48,497 nt of DNA, from positions 4,336,777 to 4,385,273 of the forward strand of contig NC_068981.1 in NCBI RefSeq assembly GCF_001194135.2, read 5' to 3'. The notes beneath the pieces are model-generated. The model saw nothing but the letters and a program-made list of their open reading frames with translations. It did not search any database and was not told the DNA's origin. Each line of letters opens with the position of its first letter. Positions within the stretch are counted from its first letter, which is position 1. Shown in pieces: positions 46,667-48,497 of this stretch. The translations under genes and the position numbers were made by a program. The stretch is from Octopus bimaculoides. Taxonomy: Eukaryota.

Positions 46667-48464
46667 GTAAGACAACGAGTTGTTTAGTAACACACTTTTA
46701 CTACAGCTGCTGCTGCTGCTGATGTNNNNNNNNNNNNNNNNNNNNNNNNNNNNNNNNNNNNNNNNNNNNNNNNNNNNNNNNNNNNNNNNNNNNNNNNNNN
46801 NNNNNNNNNNNNNNNNNNNNNNNNNNNNNNNNNNNNNNNNNNNNNNNNNNNNNNNNNNNNNNNNNNNNNNNNNNNNNNNNNNNNNNNNNNNNNNNNNNNN
46901 NNNNNNNNNNNNNNNNNNNNNNNNNNNNNNNNNNNNNNNNNNNNNNNNNNNNNNNNNNNNNNNNNNNNNNNNNNNNNNNNNNNNNNNNNNNNNNNNNNNN
47001 NNNNNNNNNNNNNNNNNNNNNNNNNNNNNNNNNNNNNNNNNNNNNNNNNNNNNNNNNNNNNNNNNNNNNNNNNNNNNNNNNNNNNNNNNNNNNNNNNNNN
47101 NNNNNNNNNNNNNNNNNNNNNNNNNNNNNNNNNNNNNNNNNNNNNNNNNNNNNNNNNNNNNNNNNNNNNNNNNNNNNNNNNNNNNNNNNNNNNNNNNNNN
47201 NNNNNNNNNNNNNNNNNNNNNNNNNNNNNNNNNNNNNNNNNNNNNNNNNNNNNNNNNNNNNNNNNNNNNNNNNNNNNNNNNNNNNNNNNNNNNNNNNNNN
47301 NNNNNNNNNNNNNNNNNNNNNNNNNNNNNNNNNNNNNNNNNNNNNNNNNNNNNNNNNNNNNNNNNNNNNNNNNNNNNNNNNNNNNNNNNNNNNNNNNNNN
47401 NNNNNNNNNNNNNNNNNNNNNNNNNNNNNNNNNNNNNNNNNNNNNNNNNNNNNNNNNNNNNNNNNNNNNNNNNNNNNNNNNNNNNNNNACGCCCAGTGTC
47501 ACCCCAGGTTCAGTTTTGTCCCCTCGCTCTCTTATTTTCATACATCAATGATCAACTTGATGCTGTAATGGCCTTTGTTCTGATCTCTTCTTAAGATTTT
47601 ATAATTAGCTAAATTTGTTACATTTTGGCAATAAATTTTCATCATTATCATTAAACATCCGTTTTCCATTCTGGCAAGGCCAGGAGCTGCACCAGGCTCC
47701 GTTGCCTGTTCTAGCATAGTTTCTATGGCTGGACGCCTTTCCTAACACCGACCACTTTACAGAGTGCAGACCTGGGTGAGTATACCACGAACCCGCAAAG
47801 ATTAGGAGTGCTCGGCTGGAGAGGGATGCAAGGGACATGCCTGTATGCAAGGACCCCCATGCTTCCACTTGGCTTGGTGTTTTCTCAAACACAGCAAACC
47901 ACCAGAAGTCTTGGTCCCCTGTCACAGTTCCTAATAGGATTTTTTAAATATTGAATGAATGGGGTATAAAATAAGAACCAAAGGGACCCATAGGCAAAAA
48001 AATGGTTGAGAACTTCTGCTCTAAGCAGACCCCCACCACCAAACTTAACAACTACAGTCCACAAAATTAATGCTTTATCTGCATTGCTTTTATCCAGTTG
48101 ATTCCATGAACAGCATCATCATCATTTAATGCCCATGTTCCATGTTGGTTTGTGTTGGATGGTTTGCCAGGATCTGATGGATCCAAAGACTTCATTATGC
48201 TCCAGTGTTTACTTTAGCCCCTATTGCTCCTATGGCTGGATGCCCTTCCTAATGCCAAATACTCTACAGTGTATACTGGGTGCTTTTTTTTGTCACACTA
48301 GAACCGAGGTCACCATGCAGCTTGCATGACTACAAACCTCAGGGGTGTAGGGGTGCTTTATGCTCGGCGGCAGCGGCGGCGGCAGCGGCGGCGGCGGCAG
48401 CAGCGTCGAATGTTGTTAATATTTTGAGTATTTTAAAGAAGATTTTGTATTTCTGTTGCAACAG

Positions 48465-48497
48465 GTGGATAATCCAGATTTCCATGTCGACAAATCC
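48465..48497 (+). CDS. HYDIN: HYDIN exon 25, truncated by window end
   Basis: caacag|GTG; VDNPDFHVDKS, in phase with exon 24. Confidence 0.85.
   Translation, partial: MDNPDFHVDKS

Noticed and set aside
1-48497. CRISPR array or prokaryotic operon-type system
   Set aside because: No regularly spaced repeat-spacer units or bacterial-style ORFs; the region is a spliced animal gene.
309-48497. Non-canonical splice sites, frameshifts or pseudogenisation of HYDIN
   Set aside because: All visible introns are GT-AG, phases chain correctly and I found no in-frame stops in the exons.

Overview
AT-rich, microsatellite-rich eukaryotic genomic DNA with eight N-gaps. The repeat families look like Octopus/coleoid cephalopod (inferred from recognition, not a database search). 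The window lies inside one + strand gene, HYDIN (ciliary central-pair protein). I can trace 25 GT-AG exons with consistent phases, about 1,540 codons of the C-terminal portion; exon 17 is cut by a gap and exon 25 by the window edge. Introns are packed with tRNA-headed SINEs, RTE-type 3' ends, fragments of RTE, R4/Dong, HERO and Penelope-like retroelements, a mariner fold-back, hAT- and piggyBac-type MITEs and a solo LTR. The most unusual signal is a set of type I hammerhead-ribozyme folds from four unrelated repeat contexts (about 6390, 7740, 33757, 34535), all sense to the HYDIN pre-mRNA and all with a palindromic stem III like Penelope-associated dimer-active hammerheads. One sits in a tRNA-promoter-headed element found as head-to-head inverted pairs at all three of its loci. 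These folds were read by eye; ribozyme activity and novelty are untested.
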